Assembly (NCBI GenBank): GCA_903895855.1 | Contig: CAITVN010000080.1 | Location: 48,092-112,091 of the forward strand | Direction: 5' to 3' | DNA: 64,000 nucleotides | Origin: Oligoflexia bacterium | GTDB lineage: Bacteria > Bdellovibrionota > UBA1018 | Part shown: positions 51,403 through 59,706 of the stretch, in pieces | How positions within the stretch are numbered: position 1 is the stretch's first letter | Layout: the number at the start of each line of letters is the position of its first letter | Program-made: the position numbers and the translations under genes | The notes under the pieces: model-generated | Seen by the model: the letters and a program-made list of their open reading frames with translations, nothing else | Told to the model about the DNA's origin: nothing | Database searches by the model: none

Positions 51403-52710
51403 TTAAGTTAACTGCTTTTCGAGTTTTAAAAATCGGCCTTTACGAAGCTTACCCTGTAAACCGATCACGCGATTAGCAGGGTTAAAGAGTCTTCGTGCCA
51501 AGTCTTGAATGTCTTCGCGGCTAACCGCACGAAATCTCGCTTTCCAATCAGCCAAATTCTTAGGCAACGGCAAATCAAACAACTCAATCTCGCCAAGCCG
51601 AATACCCCAAATTCCCGCTCTTTCAAAGAGCTGATCTGCTTCACGTGATAACCTCGCTTGCACTTTTTCAAACTCGGCTTCTGGTATCAATTCGCTTTGA
51701 AGTTTTTCAAACTCTTCTAGAATCAAGTCGATCACTTCACTTAGATTTCGATCACTCACCCGAAACGAAACTTCGAATAGCCCACAAATACTGAGCGTGT
51801 CGGTCGATGCGTTGATATCGTAGAGAAGCCCACGATTTTCACACAAACTACGCTGTAAACGCGACGACAACCCGTCGTCGAGTAGGCGTTCAAGAAAGAG
51901 CTGAGAAAAAAATTCAGGCTCACTTTCTGAAAACCCGCGAAAGCTTATTAGAGTCTCAATTTGTGAGCTCGACTCTTCAAGATAATAAAGCCGTGGCCCG
52001 ACAAACGTTCCATGCACAGGGTAACTACCCTCTAAACCAGAAAAATCACCCGTGGGAAACTTCGAGGCAAATGAGAGGTACTTTTCACCCCAGTAAAAAA
52101 AATCAGACTCATTCACCGCCCCTGCACACACGACGATCATTTGAGAGGGGGCATAGAAATGATTGAAAAAATGCCGAACATCTTCGGAAGTCAAGGCCCC
52201 TACCGAAGGTTTTCGCCCTAAAATCGGCTTCGCCACTGGCTCAGAGCCGTAAATCATCGAGCGACTGACATTTTCTAAGAGGTTTTCACTTCCTTGTTCG
52301 TCGAGCTCTTCTTGAATCTCTTCAAACACAATTCCTTTTTCAGTTTCGATTTCTTTCAAAAGTGGACCTGAAAACAAGAGCCCTAGCGCTCGAATAGCTG
52401 CCTCGAGGTTTTCACGTGGCACTTCAATTGAATAATTACTGTACTCTCTAGTCGTCGCACCTTGAAGGCCATCGCCCAGAGTTTCGAAATGTGCGTTGAG
52501 CTCAGTGCTAGAGGGATACTCGGCACACCCCCGAAATAACAAATGCTCAACGAAGTGACCAATACCCGAAAATTTTGAATTTTCAAATCGTGGCCCGGAC
52601 TTCACAAACACTTGCAGCACTGCAAACTTGCTGATCGTATCATTAATGTACGGAGCACAGATCAACCTTAGGCCATTGCCTAAAGTACGGGTATCAATTT
52701 GACTCAACAT
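51403..52710 (-). CDS. M16 family peptidase
   Basis: HFVEH (HxxEH), EKGIVFEE and SSRLQRSLCENRGLLY motifs. Confidence 0.9.
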   Translation of the reverse strand: MLSQIDTRTLGNGLRLICAPYINDTISKFAVLQVFVKSGPRFENSKFSGIGHFVEHLLFRGCAEYPSSTELNAHFETLGDGLQGATTREYSNYSIEVPRENLEAAIRALGLLFSGPLLKEIETEKGIVFEEIQEELDEQGSENLLENVSRSMIYGSEPVAKPILGRKPSVGALTSEDVRHFFNHFYAPSQMIVVCAGAVNESDFFYWGEKYLSFASKFPTGDFSGLEGSYPVHGTFVGPRLYYLEESSSQIETLISFRGFSESEPEFFSQLFLERLLDDGLSSRLQRSLCENRGLLYDINASTDTLSICGLFEVSFRVSDRNLSEVIDLILEEFEKLQSELIPEAEFEKVQARLSREADQLFERAGIWGIRLGEIELFDLPLPKNLADWKARFRAVSREDIQDLARRLFNPANRVIGLQGKLRKGRFLKLEKQLT

Positions 52711-52716
52711 ATTTCA

Positions 52717-54036
52717 CTACAACAAATTGCTCGCGAGTTCAGAAAGTTTCGAACGTTCACCCTTAGATAGCGTGATGTGTGCTGAAATCGACTCATCTTT
52801 AAATCGATCAACCAAGTAAACAAGACCGTTATTTGCCGAATCGACATACGGATTATCAATCTGAAAACTATCGCCGGTTAAAACAATCTTTGTATCATCA
52901 CCCGCACGAGTAACAATGGTCTTGATTTCATGAGGAGTCAAATTCTGCGACTCGTCGACAATCAAGTACTGCGCCGGAATTGAACGCCCACGAATATAAG
53001 TGAGCGGCTCAATTTGCAGCAACCCCTGATTCATCAGCTCTTGACAACCCTTACCTGCCCCGCGCCGGCCCTTTGAACCCGTTGATCCAAATAAGAAGTC
53101 AATATTATCGTAAATAGGCTGCATCCAAGGATTTAACTTGTCTTCAATGCTTCCTGGCAAGAACCCAATGTCTTTACCGAGTGGAAACACAGGACGCGAC
53201 ACGAGTAACCGGTGATAAATACCTTCGTCGACTGTTTTAACTAAGCCAGCAGCAATGGCGAGCAACGTTTTGCCGGTTCCGGCTTTACCCACTAAGCTCA
53301 CGAGCTTGATCTCGTCATTCAATAAAGCATCGATTGCAAACGCCTGTTCGGCATTTTTTGGAAAAATTCCCCATAACCCCTCAGCCGGCTTAAACAACGG
53401 CACCAAGCAATCTAACTCTCGAGAATAGCGACCCATCGCCGTGTGGTTTGGATTCGCCGAATCTTTTATAATCACATATTGATTGGGTTTTAGATTCTGA
53501 TCTTTAACGACCAATTTTTTTTGCGAATAGAACTCATCTACTAAGTGCGAATCGACCGAAATCATCGTTGTTCCTGAGTACAACTGATCGGGTTCGACAT
53601 TCGACGGTTCGTAGTCTTGAGCCAAAATTCCGAGGGCGTCAGCTTTAATTCTTAAATTGGTGTCTTTGGTTACCAAAACCACTGGCCGTTTGGGTTGTTC
53701 TTTTTTCAACCCCATCGCCATCGCTAAAATTCGATTATCGGCTTTGTCCATCTGAAGTTCAAAGGGCAAAGGCCCCATGTCGCCCAGTTCAACCGTAAGT
53801 AGGCCGCCACTTGGCAATCGAACGCCTTTGGCGAGCTCTCCGCCGCCCTTTCTCATGTCATCGATCAGACGCGAAAATTGGCGCGCGTGGCGACCATTCT
53901 CGCCCATATCACGTTTGAATCGATCAATTTCTTCGATAACTACAATCGGAATAATCAGGTCATTATTTCCAAACTTGTTAATCGCATTGGGATCAAAGAG
54001 AATCACGTTGGTATCGAGTATGAATGCTTGGCGCAC
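52717..54036 (-). CDS. PhoH family protein with PIN domain (PhoH2/YlaK-like)
   Basis: LDTNV, ADNRIL, GKAGTGKT, RGRS and DESQN motifs. Confidence 0.92.
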   Translation of the reverse strand: MRQAFILDTNVILFDPNAINKFGNNDLIIPIVVIEEIDRFKRDMGENGRHARQFSRLIDDMRKGGGELAKGVRLPSGGLLTVELGDMGPLPFELQMDKADNRILAMAMGLKKEQPKRPVVLVTKDTNLRIKADALGILAQDYEPSNVEPDQLYSGTTMISVDSHLVDEFYSQKKLVVKDQNLKPNQYVIIKDSANPNHTAMGRYSRELDCLVPLFKPAEGLWGIFPKNAEQAFAIDALLNDEIKLVSLVGKAGTGKTLLAIAAGLVKTVDEGIYHRLLVSRPVFPLGKDIGFLPGSIEDKLNPWMQPIYDNIDFLFGSTGSKGRRGAGKGCQELMNQGLLQIEPLTYIRGRSIPAQYLIVDESQNLTPHEIKTIVTRAGDDTKIVLTGDSFQIDNPYVDSANNGLVYLVDRFKDESISAHITLSKGERSKLSELASNLL

Positions 54037-54075
54037 GGTTAAGTCCCCCTTATTTAGCCACTCTAGATGAAACTC

Positions 54076-55188
54076 TTAGAGTTGGAAAGTCATTTGAAGG
54101 ACCCATCGTCTTTCGATGTTCTGCCGCACAAATGTGCCAAGTTCTTCGGCATAGCTGTAAGCCATGATGTTCATCACCCAAACATCAATGCCGATGCCGT
54201 AGCTGAAATAGATCTGATTGACTCCGCCATACAGAGAAAGGATTGGCCACTTCATTTGAAGGCCAAAGTGATTCTTTTTGCGCCAATCACTGACTGCGCC
54301 GACGTTTCGATAGTCGTAGGCAAAAATATATTCAGCAAGCCTTGGCTTCCATTTATAAGCTAGACCAAAACTTAGATTAGACCTCATCGCATCAGCCTGC
54401 GGCGATGCAAAGGTAGTGTCGCCAATATTGGTCATTGCAATGCCTGTTAAAATCGAAGTGACCGAGTCGAGCTTTTTTTCATACTGAAGCCCAGTATCAA
54501 CCCCAATACCCAATCCGAAATTACCGGCCATCGCCTGAAGGCGGGTAACATTGATATTGAATAAATCGATCAAAGGTAGATTCTTAAACCCACCTCGGCG
54601 AAACATGACTTTCACAGAAGCCCCCGCACGAAGATCGCTTCGCCCGTGCCGACCACGCATCAAAGAGACACCGGTACCTACTTGAACCCCTTGAGTTGTC
54701 TGGTAACCTAGTTCTAACTTCGGATAGACCTTGTCTTTCATTCTCAAAGCGATTTGAGCGTCGACCAACAACCCTACCGCTAATCCAGGCATCGCCCATG
54801 CAGTAACAATCTGTTCTTGAGTGGCAATGTTTTTTCCCATCAGCTTGCCGACGCCAGATATTCCGAGGCTCGCATAGGTCGAAACGTTTTGGCGAATATC
54901 AAAGAGAATATCGTCAGACAATGACGTGTCTGACTGAGCAAACTTGAATATCGCACTTTCGGTGGTCGCCAACCCAGCTGGATTGAGAAACAAAGAGTCA
55001 GTCCCCTCGACAAAAGCCGTGCTTGTGCCACCCATTCCCATCGAACGCGATGATCGAAAGTATTCAGGCAGTTCAGTCGCCCACAAAAAAGGCGATACAC
55101 CGCAAAACACTATCGCAATGAATGCGCAATCAAGAAGACTGCGCTTCTCACTGACTAATTTGCGATGCTTGAAAAAAACTCGCTTCAT
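54076..55188 (-). CDS. Outer-membrane beta-barrel protein (FadL/TraF-like N-terminus)
   Basis: RSMGMGG...LFLNPAGL; C-terminal FQL. Confidence 0.7.
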   Translation of the reverse strand: MKRVFFKHRKLVSEKRSLLDCAFIAIVFCGVSPFLWATELPEYFRSSRSMGMGGTSTAFVEGTDSLFLNPAGLATTESAIFKFAQSDTSLSDDILFDIRQNVSTYASLGISGVGKLMGKNIATQEQIVTAWAMPGLAVGLLVDAQIALRMKDKVYPKLELGYQTTQGVQVGTGVSLMRGRHGRSDLRAGASVKVMFRRGGFKNLPLIDLFNINVTRLQAMAGNFGLGIGVDTGLQYEKKLDSVTSILTGIAMTNIGDTTFASPQADAMRSNLSFGLAYKWKPRLAEYIFAYDYRNVGAVSDWRKKNHFGLQMKWPILSLYGGVNQIYFSYGIGIDVWVMNIMAYSYAEELGTFVRQNIERRWVLQMTFQL

Positions 55189-55190
55189 TC

Positions 55191-56255
55191 TTAATTAGCC
55201 CACCCTAATGGACTCAGACTAATAAAACTCGCAATGCCAGCAGCAGCGCAACGAGCTTTATCGTCTTGATCAGAAATCAAATCTTTTGTCGCACAAGTTT
55301 TTCGATTTCGAAGGGCCGGCAAGCACGGCTGTTTTGCGCTATTGGCACACACTCCGGCTGCGAAGGTACAGTTTGCTCCCGTCGGAAAAAGCCCCTGACA
55401 ACCAGCATCACACGCTTGATCAATCACACTTCCAAAGGCTGAAGCAATAGTTGCCATGGTAGTTTTGGCACTACTCGTGAGATTGTCTGCCACATCATTC
55501 ATCGAATCAAGCATGGTCACAATTGAGCCAGCGTAACCACAGGCCGCTTCGTCAACATACTCTTCTAGTGTCCAGCCAAGCGCATTACCCGTCGTTTGCC
55601 CTAGTATCTGTCCTCTTGCGAAAGTTGTCGGATCTGGCGCCCCATAGCGAGCCTGAGTATTTCCGATAATCGACATCGCAACGAAAATATGAAAAAGATT
55701 AGAATTCACTAGGCGATCAGACACCATAATGCTGCCCGGATTATCAGACTCAGGAAAGGTAATGTTTAAAGGTGAAATACTGACCCCTGGATTAATGATC
55801 GATAGTAACGAGTCGCTTGAATTCCACCCCGAGATCATTCGTGATTCGTGTTTTGAATTGCGCTGCTCATCAGTGTAGGCAACTGCATCGGTATCAGCAA
55901 CAAAGAACAACTCGGTCAAAGTTTTCCATAATCCAGGGCCCGCTAACCCACTTGAGTTTTCAATTATCTGATTGAGCAAAGTCAATAAATCAGTCACGCC
56001 CGCCGAACACGCATGAGAAGCGGCCCTCGCTTCTCGCACATTATTGTCAGTGTATTTTGAGTTATACAGCCCTTCAACAGTCGATACCGCATCATAACAA
56101 TCGGCGCTGGTCAAAAGCAGGTGCACCCGATCGAGAATAGCGGCTTTACCCTCAATTGTCGTAATGTCGTATGCTGGTGCGCCACACCCGGAGTTAAAAA
56201 ATAAAACCCCAAAAACAGCGGCACCTGCAAAAAATCTACTAAGAATTTTCGACAC
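55191..56255 (-). CDS. Cys-rich lipoprotein
   Basis: NSGC lipobox. Confidence 0.65.
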   Translation of the reverse strand: MSKILSRFFAGAAVFGVLFFNSGCGAPAYDITTIEGKAAILDRVHLLLTSADCYDAVSTVEGLYNSKYTDNNVREARAASHACSAGVTDLLTLLNQIIENSSGLAGPGLWKTLTELFFVADTDAVAYTDEQRNSKHESRMISGWNSSDSLLSIINPGVSISPLNITFPESDNPGSIMVSDRLVNSNLFHIFVAMSIIGNTQARYGAPDPTTFARGQILGQTTGNALGWTLEEYVDEAACGYAGSIVTMLDSMNDVADNLTSSAKTTMATIASAFGSVIDQACDAGCQGLFPTGANCTFAAGVCANSAKQPCLPALRNRKTCATKDLISDQDDKARCAAAGIASFISLSPLGWAN

Positions 56256-56305
56256 TCACTCTCCCTTCCATGGGTAAAGTTACGAAGTTAAGACAGAGCT
56301 AAAGT

Positions 56306-57532
56306 CTAACGGTTCACAAACTCAACCAAGCGATCCATACCTTTTTTTAGAGACACTTCATCAGTCGCAAAACTGAGACGAATCGAGCGGTCATGTCCAA
56401 AGGGCGACCCTGGCACTACGGCTACTTTCGCCTCGACCAAGATTCTCTCAGCAAACGCCATGATGTCTTCTTGTGGTCTCATGCACTGATCGACTTCCAT
56501 AAACAAATAGAAAGCTCCTTCACACCGATACACCCTTAGTTTGCCTGCTTTTTTCAAAGATTCAAAGGCCAGATCTCGCCTACGTCTAAAAGTTGACACT
56601 TCATTCGAAAACTCTGACTCGGGTAACTGCAAACCCTTCACCGCAGCCCACTGCGCTGGAGCACAAATCCCTGAGGTGCTTTGCCCTTGCAGGGTAATGA
56701 GCGCTTGGGTAATCGGCGCAACAGCAACACTCCACCCCACTCGCCAACCCGTCATTGCGGCGCTTTTCGACAATCCGTTGACGGTAACGGTTTGAGTAAA
56801 CAGTTTCGGATTAGCCTCAAGAAACGAACAAAACTTCTGATCAGTGAACAAAATGCGATCGTAGATCTCGTCACTGAGCACGTAGAGCGGATCAATCGGC
56901 TGATTTCGGCCCTTTGATTCGATCACCTGCCCCAAGACCTCAAACTCGCCTTGCGAATACACAGCTCCGGTCGGGTTTGACGGTGAATTGAGAATGAGCA
57001 GCTTTGCGCGAGGAAACAGATCAAGGGCGGCACTAAAAGTCTTCTTGGTTAATTTGAACGAATCGTCAAACGTCGTTTCAATTAGGCGTGGAACTCCGCC
57101 GGCTAGCTTTACCATCTCGGGGTAACTCAGCCAGTAAGGAGTCGGAATCAACACTTCGTCACCAGGATTGATCAAAGCCAAAATGGTATTAAAAATGGCT
57201 TGTTTTCCGCCATTTGAAACTACCACTTCAGACGCCGCCCACGTTTTTCCGTGCCGGCCTAAATTTTCTTGCTGGCGATTTGTCTTTTGCACAATCGCTT
57301 CTCGAAGTTCAGGAATTCCAGCAACGGGAGTGTACTTGCTCTTATTGGCGTTGATGGCCTCAACCATCGCTTCTTTGATCTTAGGGTTTACCGCAAAATC
57401 GGGCTCGCCCGCTGTCAGGTTAACCACATCCTCGCCTTTTGCTTTCATTTCTTGAACTCTGGCATTGAGTTTTAAGGTGGCACTTTCTGAAACACCGTCC
57501 AACCGTTCGGCCAGTTTGAATTGTTGATTCAT
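56306..57532 (-). CDS. Class I PLP aminotransferase (aspartate aminotransferase-like)
   Basis: GEPDF, NSPSNPTG, SDEIY and SKSAAMTGWRVG motifs. Confidence 0.93.
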   Translation of the reverse strand: MNQQFKLAERLDGVSESATLKLNARVQEMKAKGEDVVNLTAGEPDFAVNPKIKEAMVEAINANKSKYTPVAGIPELREAIVQKTNRQQENLGRHGKTWAASEVVVSNGGKQAIFNTILALINPGDEVLIPTPYWLSYPEMVKLAGGVPRLIETTFDDSFKLTKKTFSAALDLFPRAKLLILNSPSNPTGAVYSQGEFEVLGQVIESKGRNQPIDPLYVLSDEIYDRILFTDQKFCSFLEANPKLFTQTVTVNGLSKSAAMTGWRVGWSVAVAPITQALITLQGQSTSGICAPAQWAAVKGLQLPESEFSNEVSTFRRRRDLAFESLKKAGKLRVYRCEGAFYLFMEVDQCMRPQEDIMAFAERILVEAKVAVVPGSPFGHDRSIRLSFATDEVSLKKGMDRLVEFVNR

Positions 57533-57558
57533 AAACTAGACTCCTTTAATTTTTGAAT

Positions 57559-58101
57559 TTATTTTTTTTGAGATTTTTTCGGTTGCTTGGTTTTTAACCA
57601 TTCTAGAACTTTGGCCGGCACATAAGACTTGATATCGCCCCCATAATGAAACAATTCTTTTACCATCGACGAAGAAATAAAATACAAATTCTGCCCGGTC
57701 ATCATAAAAACAGTTTCAACTTCTGGCCTGATTTGCTTGTTCATACTGGCCATCATGAATTCATACTCAAAATCACTGGCGGCTCTCAACCCTCTCACCA
57801 CTGCATTGATTTGTTTTTCGTGACAGTAATCCATGATGAGCCCCGGCCAAAGATCGACCTTAACTTGCTTTCTCTCACTCACCACTTCGCGAATGAGCTC
57901 AATTCTTTCTTCGGGGGTAAATAACGGATTTTTATGCCCAGAGCCTGCAACCACCACAATGACTTCAGAAAAGAGTGAGCACGCACGATCAAGGATGTCG
58001 AGATGCCCATTGGTGATCGGATCAAACGAACCCGGATAGATCGCCCTTAGGCCGTTTTTGTTCGTAGCCGTAGTCGTAGCCAAAGTCATACCCAAAGTCA
58101 T
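57559..58101 (-). CDS. coaD: Pantetheine-phosphate adenylyltransferase
   Basis: YPGSFDPITNGH, RGLRAASDFEYE and ISSSMVKE motifs. Confidence 0.96.
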   Translation of the reverse strand: MTLGMTLATTTATNKNGLRAIYPGSFDPITNGHLDILDRACSLFSEVIVVVAGSGHKNPLFTPEERIELIREVVSERKQVKVDLWPGLIMDYCHEKQINAVVRGLRAASDFEYEFMMASMNKQIRPEVETVFMMTGQNLYFISSSMVKELFHYGGDIKSYVPAKVLEWLKTKQPKKSQKK

Positions 58102-58694
58102 ACAATGACCCCTTCTTCTTCTCTATTTTCTTCTGCCCGACGGTAATGAGTGAGCACACTATCACCGTAAATTTTTTCTCTTTTTTTTGTGAGGCCATTG
58201 ATCGAGTCGGGCAACACCCCTACTTTCGATTTGAGCTTTCCCCACTCTAAAATAAACAAACCTGAAGGGGTCAAAAGCTTATCCCAGTTAAAATCTTCAA
58301 GTAATTTCATTTCAAATCCACCTTGATAAGGCGGATCGGCTAAAATAATATCAAATGGCCCCACTGAGTATAGGTAATCGCGAACACTCAAAACGGTTGC
58401 CTTGAGTACCTGGGTCAATTCTTGAACTTCAAACTCTTCAATGTTGCGCTCGAGACATTTCAATGCGGGCAACGCTGATTCAACGAAAACCACTTCACCA
58501 GCCCCTCGAGACAGAGCTTCAAAACCCAAAGTACCAGCACCCGAAAATAAATCGAGAATTTTGGCGCCTTGAACTTCAAATTGAATCGAATTGAATAGCG
58601 CTTGGCGCAACCGTGCCTGCGTGGGTCGCGTGAGGTGTGAGTCAGGAGTTTTTAGGGCTCGGCCTTTCCATGTCCCTGCAGTCATGCAGATCAT
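58098..58694 (-). CDS. rsmD: 16S rRNA m2G966 methyltransferase
   Basis: TRPT, LDLFSGAG, EALSRGA and DPPY motifs. Confidence 0.93.
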   Translation of the reverse strand: MICMTAGTWKGRALKTPDSHLTRPTQARLRQALFNSIQFEVQGAKILDLFSGAGTLGFEALSRGAGEVVFVESALPALKCLERNIEEFEVQELTQVLKATVLSVRDYLYSVGPFDIILADPPYQGGFEMKLLEDFNWDKLLTPSGLFILEWGKLKSKVGVLPDSINGLTKKREKIYGDSVLTHYRRAEENREEEGVIV

Positions 58695-58703
58695 GGACCT
58701 AGT

Positions 58704-59603
58704 TTACGCAGCTTTTCTTTTAACCGGAATCTTAAATTCAGTTCCATCACTTAATTCTACTTTTAGACACTGATCCACAAATCCAATGGTCACTTCTTGT
58801 CCCTCAAACTCATATTTGAGCTTTAGGGTCATTTGCCCGCTGAGGGTCATGCTCAGACATCCCTCAGATTTTGAGGGTTCTCCCCAGGCTTCCGTCGGTG
58901 TTGGACGAAGCTGAGTGACGTTTTGAGCGGCTTGCTGAATCGGCTTAGCACTCGTTTGAATAGAACTATTCATGGCACCTCCCGAAACTTCAGGCTTTGA
59001 CTGAAGATTCATAATTTGATCGGCCGTTCCTTGAACCTTATTCACATTATTGGTCGGCACATCTGCCTCTTCATGAGCTGTCGCTTCCATAGCCTGAACT
59101 GCGGCATCGAGCTCAGCTTCTGTAAACTCTTCAGAATCGGCTTCAGCGACGGCTTGTTCTATTAATCGATCAGCTTCAGAAGTTAAAGAGGCCGCAGACT
59201 CCTCAACGCCCAGGTCGCCCAGAGTATCTTCTAACGCAGGGGCAGAGCTAGCTCCCGCTGGTCCGCTTTCAGCCCGAAACTCTGCCATCGCAGCCTCGGT
59301 GGCAGCAAAGATTTCTTCAGCTGGATCAATCACCTTTAACTGTGGTTTTTCGACGGCTGGTTTAGAGACTGGGGGTGCAGCTGCAACCGTCACTGGCGGT
59401 GGCGCCGCTTGACTGGGTACAGCAGCCACCTGCGCAACTGGCGCAGTCACAGGTTTAGCCGCGACCGGCGCGGCCGGCTTAGCAGCCTGACTCACAGCAG
59501 GAGCCGGAGGTGGTGGTGTTGAAGGAGCTTGTTCACCAGACATCTGAGCCTGCAAGTTCTCGATTTCACTCATTATTTTATCAATTTCGCTTTGTGGATC
59601 CAT
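58704..59603 (-). CDS. Hypothetical protein with disordered Pro/Ala/acidic linker and small C-terminal beta domain
   Basis: GGAG SD; low-complexity middle. Confidence 0.7.
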   Translation of the reverse strand: MDPQSEIDKIMSEIENLQAQMSGEQAPSTPPPPAPAVSQAAKPAAPVAAKPVTAPVAQVAAVPSQAAPPPVTVAAAPPVSKPAVEKPQLKVIDPAEEIFAATEAAMAEFRAESGPAGASSAPALEDTLGDLGVEESAASLTSEADRLIEQAVAEADSEEFTEAELDAAVQAMEATAHEEADVPTNNVNKVQGTADQIMNLQSKPEVSGGAMNSSIQTSAKPIQQAAQNVTQLRPTPTEAWGEPSKSEGCLSMTLSGQMTLKLKYEFEGQEVTIGFVDQCLKVELSDGTEFKIPVKRKAA

Positions 59604-59642
59604 TATTTTTGCTCCCTATTGTGCTGACAACTCACAAAGTAC

Positions 59643-59669
59643 TTTTCGGCAGATCCAGCCAAAATTTTA
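59643..59669 (-). promoter_or_regulatory. Putative sigma28 (FliA) promoter
   Basis: TAAA-N15-GCCGAAAA upstream of 59603. Confidence 0.6.
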
Positions 59670-59706
59670 GTTTTGCTTATTAGCGGTCTCAGGTACTAAC
59701 AAAAGT

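Noticed and set aside
51218..51406. 62-aa ORF in E3
   Set aside because: Lies within the palindrome and has no recognisable features; the equal length to the E1 ORF appears coincidental.
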